The position numbers and the translations under genes are program-made. The notes below the pieces were generated by a model that made no database searches, was not told the origin of the DNA, and worked only from the letters and a program-made list of their open reading frames with translations. A DNA stretch of 64,000 nucleotides, from assembly GCA_965277805.1 (NCBI GenBank), contig OZ255842.1:2912001-2976000 (forward strand). Direction: 5' to 3'. This document shows positions 19,669 through 28,962 of the stretch, piece after piece. This DNA comes from Candidatus Lustribacter sp. GTDB taxonomy: Bacteria > Vulcanimicrobiota > Vulcanimicrobiia > Vulcanimicrobiales > Vulcanimicrobiaceae. Position 1 is the stretch's first letter. Every line of letters starts with the position of its first letter.

Positions 19669-20958
19669 CTATTTGAGGGTGAGCTGCGTGACCGTCTCGG
19701 TCTTGCCGCCGGCGATCATGCGCTTGAGGGTCAGGATCGGCGCCGTCGTGTCACCATTGGCATCGAAACCGATCTTGCCGATCGGTGTCGGAAAATCGCT
19801 GGTCGCGGCGATGTTCTTGAGCACGTCGGCGCGGGTCGGCATTTTGCCGCCGTCATCTTTGACCGCTTTCTCGATTGCGGCAATGATAATCTGCGTCGCG
19901 GCAAAGGCCGGCGCGCTGTAGGGGCCGACGTCGGCGTTGAAGCGCGCCTTGTAGGCCGCGACGAACGCTTTCGCCGAGGGAAGCTTGTCGGCATCCGGCG
20001 CGGCGAAGCTGTAGTACACGTTTTGCGACATCGTTGGACCGGCTTCTTTAACGAACTCGGCCGTATCGCTGATGCCGTCGCCGCCCATGTACGGCGTCTT
20101 CGTCATGCCCGCGTCGCCCATCTGACGGCGTAAGAGCCCGCCGCCGGCGGACGTCGTTCCGCCGAAGAATACCGCGTCGGGCGACGTGCTGGCGATCTTG
20201 GTAAGCAGCGCCTTGAAGTCTTGCTGGTTAGCCGTGAGGTGTTCGTGACCGAGCACCGTTCCGCCGAGCGACTTGAACGAGGACTCAAAGTTGTCGGCCA
20301 AACCCTTGCCGTACGTCTCGTTGTCGTCGACGATGAAAACTTTCTTGTAGTTGAGCTTCTGCGCGAACTGCGCGAGCGCCGAACCTTGACGGCTATCCTT
20401 CGTGCAGACGCGGAAATAGGCGTTTGTGTCGGGATGCGCCGTTCGCAATTTTTTGGCATCGTCGCCGACCGTCAAGCCGTCGTTCGTGTTCGACGGTGAG
20501 ATCTGCGCGAGTCCCGCATCGTTGGTGAGCGGGATTTCCGACTTCGCGACGTTGGAGTTGAACGGCCCGATCATTGCAAGCACGGCGGAGTCGGCGATGA
20601 ACGTCTTGACGTTTTGAGCACCCGCGGCCGGATCGTGCACGCCTTGCACCGCATCGTCGAGTAAGCTCGCTTCGAGTTTGAACGTGCCGCCGGTGAAGCC
20701 GTTCTTGTTGGCTTCCTCAATTGCAAGCACGGCACCGTTTTGCGTCGGCACGCCGATCGCGGCATCCGCACCGCTCACCGGCAAATCCACGCCGATCTTG
20801 ATCGTCCCGCCCGATCCGGCCGCCGCCGGCGCCGCGCTCGAAACGGGAGCACTCGATGCCGCCGTGGAGCTCGTCGAGGTGGTCGAGGACGAACACGCCG
20901 AGACGAGCGCGACGAGCGCACCCGCGAAGCACGCACGCGTGACAATCGAAAACCACAT
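19669..20958 (-). CDS. Branched-chain amino acid ABC substrate-binding lipoprotein (LivJ/K-like)
   Basis: Lipobox VSA-C; IKIGVDLPVSG, GPFNS, ETYGKGLA; first gene of the liv operon; start approximate. Confidence 0.88.
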   Translation of the reverse strand: MWFSIVTRACFAGALVALVSACSSSTTSTSSTAASSAPVSSAAPAAAGSGGTIKIGVDLPVSGADAAIGVPTQNGAVLAIEEANKNGFTGGTFKLEASLLDDAVQGVHDPAAGAQNVKTFIADSAVLAMIGPFNSNVAKSEIPLTNDAGLAQISPSNTNDGLTVGDDAKKLRTAHPDTNAYFRVCTKDSRQGSALAQFAQKLNYKKVFIVDDNETYGKGLADNFESSFKSLGGTVLGHEHLTANQQDFKALLTKIASTSPDAVFFGGTTSAGGGLLRRQMGDAGMTKTPYMGGDGISDTAEFVKEAGPTMSQNVYYSFAAPDADKLPSAKAFVAAYKARFNADVGPYSAPAFAATQIIIAAIEKAVKDDGGKMPTRADVLKNIAATSDFPTPIGKIGFDANGDTTAPILTLKRMIAGGKTETVTQLTLK

Positions 20959-21044
20959 AGAACTACTCCGGAAGGCGAGTCGGGCAAAGGTACGCGCGGG
21001 CGACCGCACCCCCCTTGTACCAACTGGCTAGTGCCCAAGCCGCC

Positions 21045-21995
21045 CTAATGCAAGGCTCCGGGATAAAAGAGGTCGGCGGCGGGGAAGGGCGCGCTGAGGG
21101 CGCCGTATTTTGCGCCGACGTCGATGACCGGTTGCACGACGCCCAGGTTCACGTGCTCGAGGAACGTGGCGCGGTGCATCTCGCGCACGATCGAGAGATC
21201 GATCTTGGTCGCAGCGCTCACCAGTTCAGCCGTCTTGTCGTGGTTACGATTTGCCCAGACGGCCGCTTGCTGCATCGCGTTGCTGAAGCGGCGCGCGACA
21301 TCGGGATTGGCGGTGAGCCACGCCTGACTGACGGTCCACGCATCGATCATCCACAAATCGGCGATACCATCGTAGGACTTACCGAGCATGCGCGTATCGT
21401 TGCGCGATTGCGTATATTGCGGTTCCGCAGAAACCGCGGCGTCGACGCGATTGGCGACGAGCGCGGCCGGCATCGCGGAGAACGGCAGTTCGATGAACTT
21501 CACTTGCTTCGAATCGCCGCCGTTCTTGTCAATCCACGACTCGGCCGAGACGTGCGCGATCCCTTGCAGCACGTTGACCGCAACGACCTTGCCGTTGAGG
21601 TCGCGGGCGGTCTTCAGCGGCGAGTTGTTCGGCACCAGCATCACGGTCGTCGGGTTTTTCGTCGTGTAAGTCGATCCCGACGCCGCGATCTTCAACGGCA
21701 GGCCTTTCTCATGCGCAGAGGCGAGCGAGAGCACGTTGATGCCGCCGCAATCGAGCGAACCCGACACGACCGCGGCCGCAATCGCGTTGCCGTTCGTAAA
21801 ATCCTGAATTTCGATCGCGATTCCGTTCTTCGCCAGAAAGCCGGCACTCTGTGCCGCGAAGATCTCGGAGCTCGAGTCGATCGGCACGTTGCCGACCCGC
21901 ATCGTCACCAGATCCGCCGGGCGTACGATCTGCACGTCCGCAAACGGCGAAATCAGCGCCGAACCGAGCCCCGCCAGAACCGTCCGTCTAAGCAT
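21045..21995 (-). CDS. ABC substrate-binding protein (SsuA/NMT1-THI5 type)
   Basis: Twin-Arg-like MLRRTVLAG; DLNGKVVAV, VKFIELPF, VDAAVSAEP. Confidence 0.85.
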   Translation of the reverse strand: MLRRTVLAGLGSALISPFADVQIVRPADLVTMRVGNVPIDSSSEIFAAQSAGFLAKNGIAIEIQDFTNGNAIAAAVVSGSLDCGGINVLSLASAHEKGLPLKIAASGSTYTTKNPTTVMLVPNNSPLKTARDLNGKVVAVNVLQGIAHVSAESWIDKNGGDSKQVKFIELPFSAMPAALVANRVDAAVSAEPQYTQSRNDTRMLGKSYDGIADLWMIDAWTVSQAWLTANPDVARRFSNAMQQAAVWANRNHDKTAELVSAATKIDLSIVREMHRATFLEHVNLGVVQPVIDVGAKYGALSAPFPAADLFYPGALH

Positions 21996-22018
21996 CCCCG
22001 ACCATACGAGCTACGTCT

Positions 22019-22651
22019 TCAGGACGCCTCGTAGAAGCAGCGACCGCAGGTTTGGATGTAGCGTACCGCGCCTTCGATCGCGACCTGTTCGCCTTCGGTA
22101 ATGCGCGCGCCGCGATCGTCGATGCGCACGTTCATCGTGGCCTTGCGTCCGCACGCGCAGATGTTCTTGAGCTCTTCGATATCGTCGGCGAGCGTGAGCA
22201 GGTAGGCCGCGCCGGGAAAGGGCTCGCCCAGAAAATCGCTGCGAATGCCGTAGCAGATCACCGGGATATCGGCGACGTGCGCGAGCTTGTGTAGTTGACG
22301 CACTTGTTCGGGATCGAGGAATTGCGCTTCGTCGATCAGCACGCAGGCGATCGGCTTCGCCGTCGTGGCCAAGTATTCGCGCATCCCTTCGTCGACGACC
22401 TGATTGTCGTCGAGAAAGAGCTCTTTCCCGTCCTTGAGCCGCTCGTAAAAGTTCGTCCAGCGCGTGAACGTGAGACCTTTGCGCGACACGCCCAGCCGCG
22501 AGGCGATGTTCGCATGGCCGAACCGGTTGTCGAGGTCCGACGTGAAGAGCACCACGTTCATGCCCTGCTCCTCGTAGTTGTGCGCTACTTGGAGCAGGGC
22601 CATCGATTTCCCGGCATTCATCGCCGAGTACCGGAAGTAGAGTTTCGCCAA
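22019..22651 (-). CDS. tdk: Thymidine kinase
   Basis: MAKLYFRYSAMNAGKS, IDEAQFL, YGIRSDF, Zn-binding CAC and CGRC. Confidence 0.95.
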   Translation of the reverse strand: MAKLYFRYSAMNAGKSMALLQVAHNYEEQGMNVVLFTSDLDNRFGHANIASRLGVSRKGLTFTRWTNFYERLKDGKELFLDDNQVVDEGMREYLATTAKPIACVLIDEAQFLDPEQVRQLHKLAHVADIPVICYGIRSDFLGEPFPGAAYLLTLADDIEELKNICACGRKATMNVRIDDRGARITEGEQVAIEGAVRYIQTCGRCFYEAS

Positions 22652-22653
22652 GC

Positions 22654-25600
22654 CTAGATCGAGACCGGCGCCGGCGTGCTCGGCGTAACAGTGCCCTCGG
22701 TGTCGCTTGACGCCGGCCCGTGCCGCGTGGGACGGAACTTATCCTCGATCGACGCGATGATCACGTAGAGCGTCGGTGTGATGAACAAGTTGAGAATGCT
22801 CGAGCAGATCATGCCACCGAACACGACCGTGCCGAGCGAATGCCGCGACGCGCTGCCGGCGCCGCTAGCAAACACCAGCGGCGTAACGCCGAAGATGAAG
22901 GCGATCGAGGTCATCAGAATCGGGCGCAACCGCGTTTCGGCCGCGCGCTGCGCCGCTTCGCGAATCGGCACGCCCGCCGCGCGCAGCTGGTTCGCAAACT
23001 CGACGATCAGAATTGCGTTCTTACTGGCCAAGCCGATCAGCATGACGTAGCCGACCTGCGCGAAGACGTCCGATACGCCTGAATCGACATCGAATGTACC
23101 GCGTATCTTGAGTCCGATGAACGCACCCAACAGCGCGAGCGGAACGGCCAGCAGGATGATCAGCGGATCGGCGAACGATTCGTACTGCGCCGCGAGCACG
23201 AGGAACACGAACACGATGCCGAGCGCGAAGATCAGAGCTGCGGCCCCGCCGCCCTCGATCTGTTCGAGCGAGATGCCGCTCCATTCGTACGCGAAGCCGG
23301 CCGGCAGATGCGCGGCAAAACGCTGCATCGTATCGAGCGCTTGACCCGAGCCGTAGCCGGGCGCAGCACTGCCGGAAATTGAGATCGAGCGATATTGGTT
23401 ATAGTGCGTGATCGTCGGCGCAGCTTGGATCTTCTGCACGTTGACGAGTCCGCTGAGCGGAATCGGTGCGCTGGGCGTCGTGACGCCGTTGACGGTCGTC
23501 GAGCCGGCGACGTAGATGTTTTGCAAATCGGCTAAACGCGAACGGTACGGCTGATCGGCTTGAACGTACACGCGATACGAGTGACCGCCGAAGTCGAAGT
23601 CGTTGACGTACACCGAGCCGAGATACACCTGCATCGTGTTGTAGACGTCGGCAAGGTTGACGCCCAGCGCCTGGGCCTTGTTCCGATCGACGTCGACGTT
23701 GACGACGGGCGAGTTGTTGGTGAACAGCGTGTACACGCCGGCTAAGCCGCTGTGTGGTGCGTACGCCTGACCGATCACTTGATAGGCCGCGCCGAGCAAT
23801 GGCCCGAGGCCGTTGTTACCCCGGTCCTCGAGTTCGAAGTCGAATCCGCCCTGGAAGCCGAGTCCCGGGATCGCCGGCGGGTTGACGGCAAACGCCTGAA
23901 TGCCCATCGGGTTGAGATACAACTGTCCGGCAAGCCGGCCGAGCATCGCGTCGAGCGTGTGCTGCGAACCCTGGCGCTGCTCCCACGGTTTGAGCAGCAC
24001 GAACATCAGGATCTTGTTCGAGCCGGTTCCGGTAAAGCTGAAGCCCGCGATATCGAAGACATTGAGGACTTCGGGCTGGCGCGCAATAATCGATTCGAGC
24101 ATCCGCTGCACTTTGTGCGAATTGTCGATCGAGGTACCCTCGGGGCCCTGCGCGCTGACGATGAAGTAACCTTGATCTTCATTGGGGATGAAGCCGGTCG
24201 GCGTGTTAAAGAAGAATAGTCCGGTAATCGCGAGCAGCACCGCAAAGCACGCGAACGTAATCGCCGGCCGGCGCAAAACGTTCGGTAGCCAGCTATGATA
24301 CGTGCGGCGGGTCGCGCCGATCGCGCGATTGACCGGTGTGAAGAAGCGTGACTTCTTCTCGTCTTTGATGTTGCCGAGGAAGATCGATGAGAGCACCGGC
24401 GTCAGCGTCAGCGCGTTGAAGAGCGAGATCGTGATCGCGCAGGCGATCGTGAGCGCAAACTGCTTGTAGAGCTGCCCCGTCGTGCCCGGGAAAAATGCGA
24501 CCGGAACGAAGACCGCCAGCAGCACGAGCGACGATGCGAGCACCGCGCCCGAAATCTCGGCCATTGCCTCGCGCGCGCCCTCGAACGGCGCCATCCCTTT
24601 TTCTTGGATGAAGCGCGCGATATTCTCGATGACAACGATTGCATCGTCGACGACGAGTCCCGTCGCCAGCGTGAGGCCGAAGAGCGTCAGCGTGTTGATC
24701 GAGAACCCGAGAACCTTCATCAGGAAAAACGTGCCCAATAGCGAGATCGGGATCGTGAGCGAGGGGATCAGCGTCGTGCGCCAATCTTGCAGGAAGAGGA
24801 AGATCACCAGCACGACCAGCGCGATCGCGATCAGGAGCGTCGTCACGACTTCCTTGATCGACTCGCTGACGAAGAGCGTCGTGTCGAACGCGACTGCGTA
24901 CTTCATGCCGGCGGGAAACTTTTGGGAAAGCCGGCTCAGCTCCGATTGCACCTGCTGCGAGACTTGCAGCGCATTGCCGGTGGGCAGCTGCGAAACACCG
25001 ACACCGACCGAGTCGATGCCGTTGTACCAGATGCTGCCCGAGTAGTCTTGCGCGCCGAGCTCGACGCGGCCGACGTCGCGCACCCGCACGTAGCCGCCGT
25101 CCGGCGTCGTGCGCAGGATGATGTCGCCGAAGCCGGCTGGATCGTGCAGGCGTCCGTTGGAGCGCACCGTGTACTCGTAGGGCTGGTTTCCGTTGGTTGG
25201 CGGCGCCCCGATGGCGCCCGCGGCAACCTGAATATTCTGATTCGAGAGCGCCGCCGTTACGGCAGCAGCCGTGAGACCGTTGTCGGCTAAACGTTTCGGA
25301 TCGACCCACAGGCGCATCGCATACTTACGCTCGCCGAAGACCTGCACTCCGCTTACGCCGGGAACGCGCTGTAAATCGTTGGTGACGTTGTTTTCGATGT
25401 AATCCGTCATCTGCTCTTTGGACAGGTTCGGATTGGTCGACCAGAACCCGATGCCCATGACGAACGTGCCGTTGTTCTTCGAAACGGCGACGCCGGTCAG
25501 CTTGACCTCGGCCGGCAGGACGCCTTGCGCGAGGTTGACGGCGTTCTGCACGTCGTTCGCCGCCTGGTTGAGATCGGTATCGAGTGTGAACGTTGCGGTG

Positions 25601-25869
25601 ATTGTGGATCCGCCCTGGTTCGTGGACTGCGATGACATATAACGCAGCCCCTGAACGCCGTTGATCGCCGTTTCGAGCGGCGTGGTCACGCTGGCCTCGA
25701 CCGCTTCCGCGCTCGCGCCGGTATATTCGGCGCTCACGGTCACGGTCGGCGGCGCGATGTTCGGAAACTGCGCAATCGGCAGAAGCGGAATCGACACGAT
25801 GCCGAGCAGGAGGATAACGAGAGCACAGACCGTCGCGAAGACCGGCCGCCTCAAGAAGAAATCGATCAC
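22654..25869 (-). CDS. RND efflux permease (HAE1/AcrB family)
   Basis: IDFFLRRPVFA, LVVDDAIVVIENI, KNAILIVEFA, RLRPILMT; GTG 25869. Confidence 0.93.
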   Translation of the reverse strand: MIDFFLRRPVFATVCALVILLLGIVSIPLLPIAQFPNIAPPTVTVSAEYTGASAEAVEASVTTPLETAINGVQGLRYMSSQSTNQGGSTITATFTLDTDLNQAANDVQNAVNLAQGVLPAEVKLTGVAVSKNNGTFVMGIGFWSTNPNLSKEQMTDYIENNVTNDLQRVPGVSGVQVFGERKYAMRLWVDPKRLADNGLTAAAVTAALSNQNIQVAAGAIGAPPTNGNQPYEYTVRSNGRLHDPAGFGDIILRTTPDGGYVRVRDVGRVELGAQDYSGSIWYNGIDSVGVGVSQLPTGNALQVSQQVQSELSRLSQKFPAGMKYAVAFDTTLFVSESIKEVVTTLLIAIALVVLVIFLFLQDWRTTLIPSLTIPISLLGTFFLMKVLGFSINTLTLFGLTLATGLVVDDAIVVIENIARFIQEKGMAPFEGAREAMAEISGAVLASSLVLLAVFVPVAFFPGTTGQLYKQFALTIACAITISLFNALTLTPVLSSIFLGNIKDEKKSRFFTPVNRAIGATRRTYHSWLPNVLRRPAITFACFAVLLAITGLFFFNTPTGFIPNEDQGYFIVSAQGPEGTSIDNSHKVQRMLESIIARQPEVLNVFDIAGFSFTGTGSNKILMFVLLKPWEQRQGSQHTLDAMLGRLAGQLYLNPMGIQAFAVNPPAIPGLGFQGGFDFELEDRGNNGLGPLLGAAYQVIGQAYAPHSGLAGVYTLFTNNSPVVNVDVDRNKAQALGVNLADVYNTMQVYLGSVYVNDFDFGGHSYRVYVQADQPYRSRLADLQNIYVAGSTTVNGVTTPSAPIPLSGLVNVQKIQAAPTITHYNQYRSISISGSAAPGYGSGQALDTMQRFAAHLPAGFAYEWSGISLEQIEGGGAAALIFALGIVFVFLVLAAQYESFADPLIILLAVPLALLGAFIGLKIRGTFDVDSGVSDVFAQVGYVMLIGLASKNAILIVEFANQLRAAGVPIREAAQRAAETRLRPILMTSIAFIFGVTPLVFASGAGSASRHSLGTVVFGGMICSSILNLFITPTLYVIIASIEDKFRPTRHGPASSDTEGTVTPSTPAPVSI

Positions 25870-25906
25870 GTTGAAGTAGACGTCGGTAAGCGGCTCAAGG
25901 TTGCTC

Positions 25907-26866
25907 TCAGCCCAGCGGTCGGGTGCGAACTTCTCCGACGATCCGGCCGGCCACGTTGCGGACGGGCGGCCGCGAATGGCCGCTGAGCCGCTCCTTCGCG
26001 GCGGCATCGAGAACGTCAAGGCGGGCGAGCAGCGCCAGGGTCGCCGGCGGGACAGCGCGCGCCGCGCCGTCGATGGTCTTGAGCACCAGCCCGGCCCCGG
26101 GTCCAAGCAACGCGCTTGCATGGACGCCTTCGGCGCCGCCCTTCGCCACGACGCGGCCGCCGGTGACGATCATGAGATCGGTATCGAAGCGGCCGCTACC
26201 GGCAACCATCAGCGGCTCGGCGGTCATCGCCGCGCGCACGGTCGCGAGCGCATCGCGATCGGCATCCCCAAAACCGCGCAACGTTGCGAAGCGCGCGAAG
26301 GTCCGCGCCGCGATTGCGAGCGTGACCGCAAACGTGGGAATGCCGCAGCCGTCGACCCCGATGCGGTCGGGCGTGAAGCGATCGCCGAAGCTGCGCTCGC
26401 AGAATTCGAGGATCTCGCGCTGCACGGGATGCGCGACGTCGAGATAGCCCGCGAACGGTTCGCCGCGCAGGCGCGCCAGCGCCAAGATGCCGGCGTGTTT
26501 GCCCGAGCAGTTATTGTAGAGCGCGCTCGGTTTGCCGCCGCACTGCAGATCGTCGATGCTCGCGCCGATCTTCGTCAGAATCGACGCAGCCGTTTCGAGG
26601 TGAACGGATTCAGCCATGTGCGATCCGCACATCAGCGCAAGTTCGGCCGGCGTCAACCCGAAGCGCTCGACCACACCGGCGCGCACGGCTGCGGCGGCGA
26701 TGAACGGCTTTGCCGACGAACGCAAAAACACGGGCACGTCGATCGTCCCGCGCTTCAGCAGAATCGCACCGGAATCGTCGCACGCGCACGCGGCGACGTC
26801 GTGGGTCGACTCGATGCGCTCGCCGCGCGTGACGTCGACCATCGGGATACCCGCAAGCTCGCTCAC
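25907..26866 (-). CDS. L-asparaginase II (Rhizobium etli type)
   Basis: RSSAKP, GSH, NCSGKH, DGCG, KGGAEG. Confidence 0.9.
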   Translation of the reverse strand: MSELAGIPMVDVTRGERIESTHDVAACACDDSGAILLKRGTIDVPVFLRSSAKPFIAAAAVRAGVVERFGLTPAELALMCGSHMAESVHLETAASILTKIGASIDDLQCGGKPSALYNNCSGKHAGILALARLRGEPFAGYLDVAHPVQREILEFCERSFGDRFTPDRIGVDGCGIPTFAVTLAIAARTFARFATLRGFGDADRDALATVRAAMTAEPLMVAGSGRFDTDLMIVTGGRVVAKGGAEGVHASALLGPGAGLVLKTIDGAARAVPPATLALLARLDVLDAAAKERLSGHSRPPVRNVAGRIVGEVRTRPLG

Positions 26867-26886
26867 GGGTATCCCGCGTTCGGTGA

Positions 26887-27849
26887 CTAGACTAAGGCTG
26901 CCTCGACCACCGGGTTGTCGATTTCGGCGTAGAGCGGGCTCGAGAGATAGCGCTCACCGGTGTCGCAGCCGATCGTGACGATCGTCTTGCCGGCGAACTG
27001 CGGCCGCGCCGCAACTTGGAGCGCCGCCCAGACGTTCGCGCCCGACGAGATGCCGAGCAGCAGCCCTTCTTCACGCGCGAGCCGGCGCGACGTTGCGATC
27101 GCATCGTCGAACGACACGGTGATCACTTCGCTATAGACCTTCGTGTCGAGGACTTCAGGAACAAAGCCCGGCGCGAAGCCTTGCAACTTGTGCGGCCCGG
27201 GCTTGCCGCCCGAAAGCACGAGCGAGGTGTCGGGCTCGACCGTCATGATCGTGACGCCCGGCTTGCGCTCCTTGAGGATCTGGCCGACGCCGGTGACCGT
27301 ACCGCCGGTACCCACGCCGGCGATGAACACGTCGACCTTGCCGTCGGTATCGCGCCAGATTTCCTCGGCCGTGGTGCGGCGGTGGACTTCCGGATTGGCT
27401 GGGTTCTCGAACTGTCCGGGCATGAAGTACTTGCCCGGGTTGCTCGCGTGGATCTCCTTGGCTTTGGCGATCGCGCCCTTCATGCCGTCGGCGCCGGGCG
27501 TCAGCACGAGCTGCGCGCCGTAAGCCTTGAGGAGGCTGCGCCGCTCGAGCGTCATCGTCTCGGGCATCGTCAGGATGATCGGGTAGCCCTTGGCGGCTGC
27601 CACGAAGGCGAGCCCGATGCCGGTGTTACCGCTCGTCGGCTCGACGATCACGGTGTCGGGGCGCAGGCGGCCATCGCGCTCGGCCGCTTCGATCATCGCC
27701 ACACCGATGCGGTCTTTTACGCTGCCGGCAGGGTTGAACGACTCGAGCTTGACCAGGACGGTCCCGCCTAGCCCCTTGTTCACCCGGGAGATTTTGACAA
27801 GCGGCGTGTTGCCGACGGTGTCGATGATGCTGTCGTAAATCCGAGCCAC
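26887..27849 (-). CDS. cysK: Cysteine synthase A
   Basis: [36 protein letters not shown]. Confidence 0.95.
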   Translation of the reverse strand: MARIYDSIIDTVGNTPLVKISRVNKGLGGTVLVKLESFNPAGSVKDRIGVAMIEAAERDGRLRPDTVIVEPTSGNTGIGLAFVAAAKGYPIILTMPETMTLERRSLLKAYGAQLVLTPGADGMKGAIAKAKEIHASNPGKYFMPGQFENPANPEVHRRTTAEEIWRDTDGKVDVFIAGVGTGGTVTGVGQILKERKPGVTIMTVEPDTSLVLSGGKPGPHKLQGFAPGFVPEVLDTKVYSEVITVSFDDAIATSRRLAREEGLLLGISSGANVWAALQVAARPQFAGKTIVTIGCDTGERYLSSPLYAEIDNPVVEAALV

Positions 27850-27975
27850 GGTCGTGGATTCCTCACTTCAATGATGGAGAGCGCCTTGAGGCAGTACCGA
27901 CTTAGACTACTGGACCGGTCCAAAAGCTGCAACAGGGCGCGGCGCCTGGGGCCCGAACGTACGTTCGCTTCCACC

Positions 27976-28959
27976 GTGTTTTCGCTGACCGACAAGTCGC
28001 TCTACGTAGCGGCGCTCGACCTCTGGATCGACTCCGCCCACGAGCGCAGCCGCTGCTACGTCTCGCACGGCCATTCCGACCACGCGCGCGAGCACGGCCG
28101 GGTCGTCGCGTCCGTCAACAGCGCGCGCATTTGCCGCCACCGCTTCCGCCGCAAAACCGCGGACGACGTGATCTACGAAGAGCACGCCTTCAACGAGCCG
28201 TGGACCGAGGGCGAACACCGGCTCACGCTATTTTCCGCCGGCCACGTGCTCGGCAGTTCGCAACTGCTGATCGAAGGCGCAGACGGCACGTGCGTGTACA
28301 CGGGCGACTTCAAGCTCGCGCCGTCGTACACGTGCGAAGCGCCGGAAGTGAAGAAATGCGACGTGCTGCTGATGGAGTGCACGTTCGGCTGCCCGCAGTA
28401 CGCGTTTCCGCCGCGCGACGAAGTCGAGGCGCTCATCATAAGCTACGCGATGCACGCGCTCGCCGACGGGTACGCACCGATTTTCTACGCGTACTCGCTC
28501 GGCAAAGCGCAAGAGGCGATCGCGATTCTTACCCGCGCCGGCATACCGGTGACCGTGCACGGCGCGGTGCATGCAATGTCGCGCGTGTATGAAGAAGCCG
28601 GCGTGCAGCTCGGCCCCTACGAGATCTACGACGCCAACACGTATGACGGCTCGAGCGCGCTGGTGTGGCCGCCGCCCGGCCGCAAGCGACCCAAGGGCGC
28701 GAACAAACGCGCGTTGCGAACGGTGATGCTGACGGGCTGGGCGATGGATCCCGGCGCGTGCTACCGCTATGGCGTCGGTTCGATGATCCCGCTCTCCGAC
28801 CACGCCGACTTTCCATCACTGCTCGCCTACATCGAACGTGCCGAGCCGAAGAAAGTGTGGCTCAACCACGGCACGCCGGAGTTCGTGCACCACCTCCGCC
28901 GCCTCGGCATCAACGCCGAATACCTCGAAGCGCACAAACAACTCGCGTTGTTCGGGTAA
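27976..28959 (+). CDS. MBL/beta-CASP exonuclease, ligase-associated type; start uncertain
   Basis: SHGHSDH, AGHVLGS, TGDFK, ECTFG, YSLGKAQ, LSDHAD; directly upstream of the ligase. Confidence 0.88.
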   Translation: MFSLTDKSLYVAALDLWIDSAHERSRCYVSHGHSDHAREHGRVVASVNSARICRHRFRRKTADDVIYEEHAFNEPWTEGEHRLTLFSAGHVLGSSQLLIEGADGTCVYTGDFKLAPSYTCEAPEVKKCDVLLMECTFGCPQYAFPPRDEVEALIISYAMHALADGYAPIFYAYSLGKAQEAIAILTRAGIPVTVHGAVHAMSRVYEEAGVQLGPYEIYDANTYDGSSALVWPPPGRKRPKGANKRALRTVMLTGWAMDPGACYRYGVGSMIPLSDHADFPSLLAYIERAEPKKVWLNHGTPEFVHHLRRLGINAEYLEAHKQLALFG

Positions 28960-28962
28960 CGC

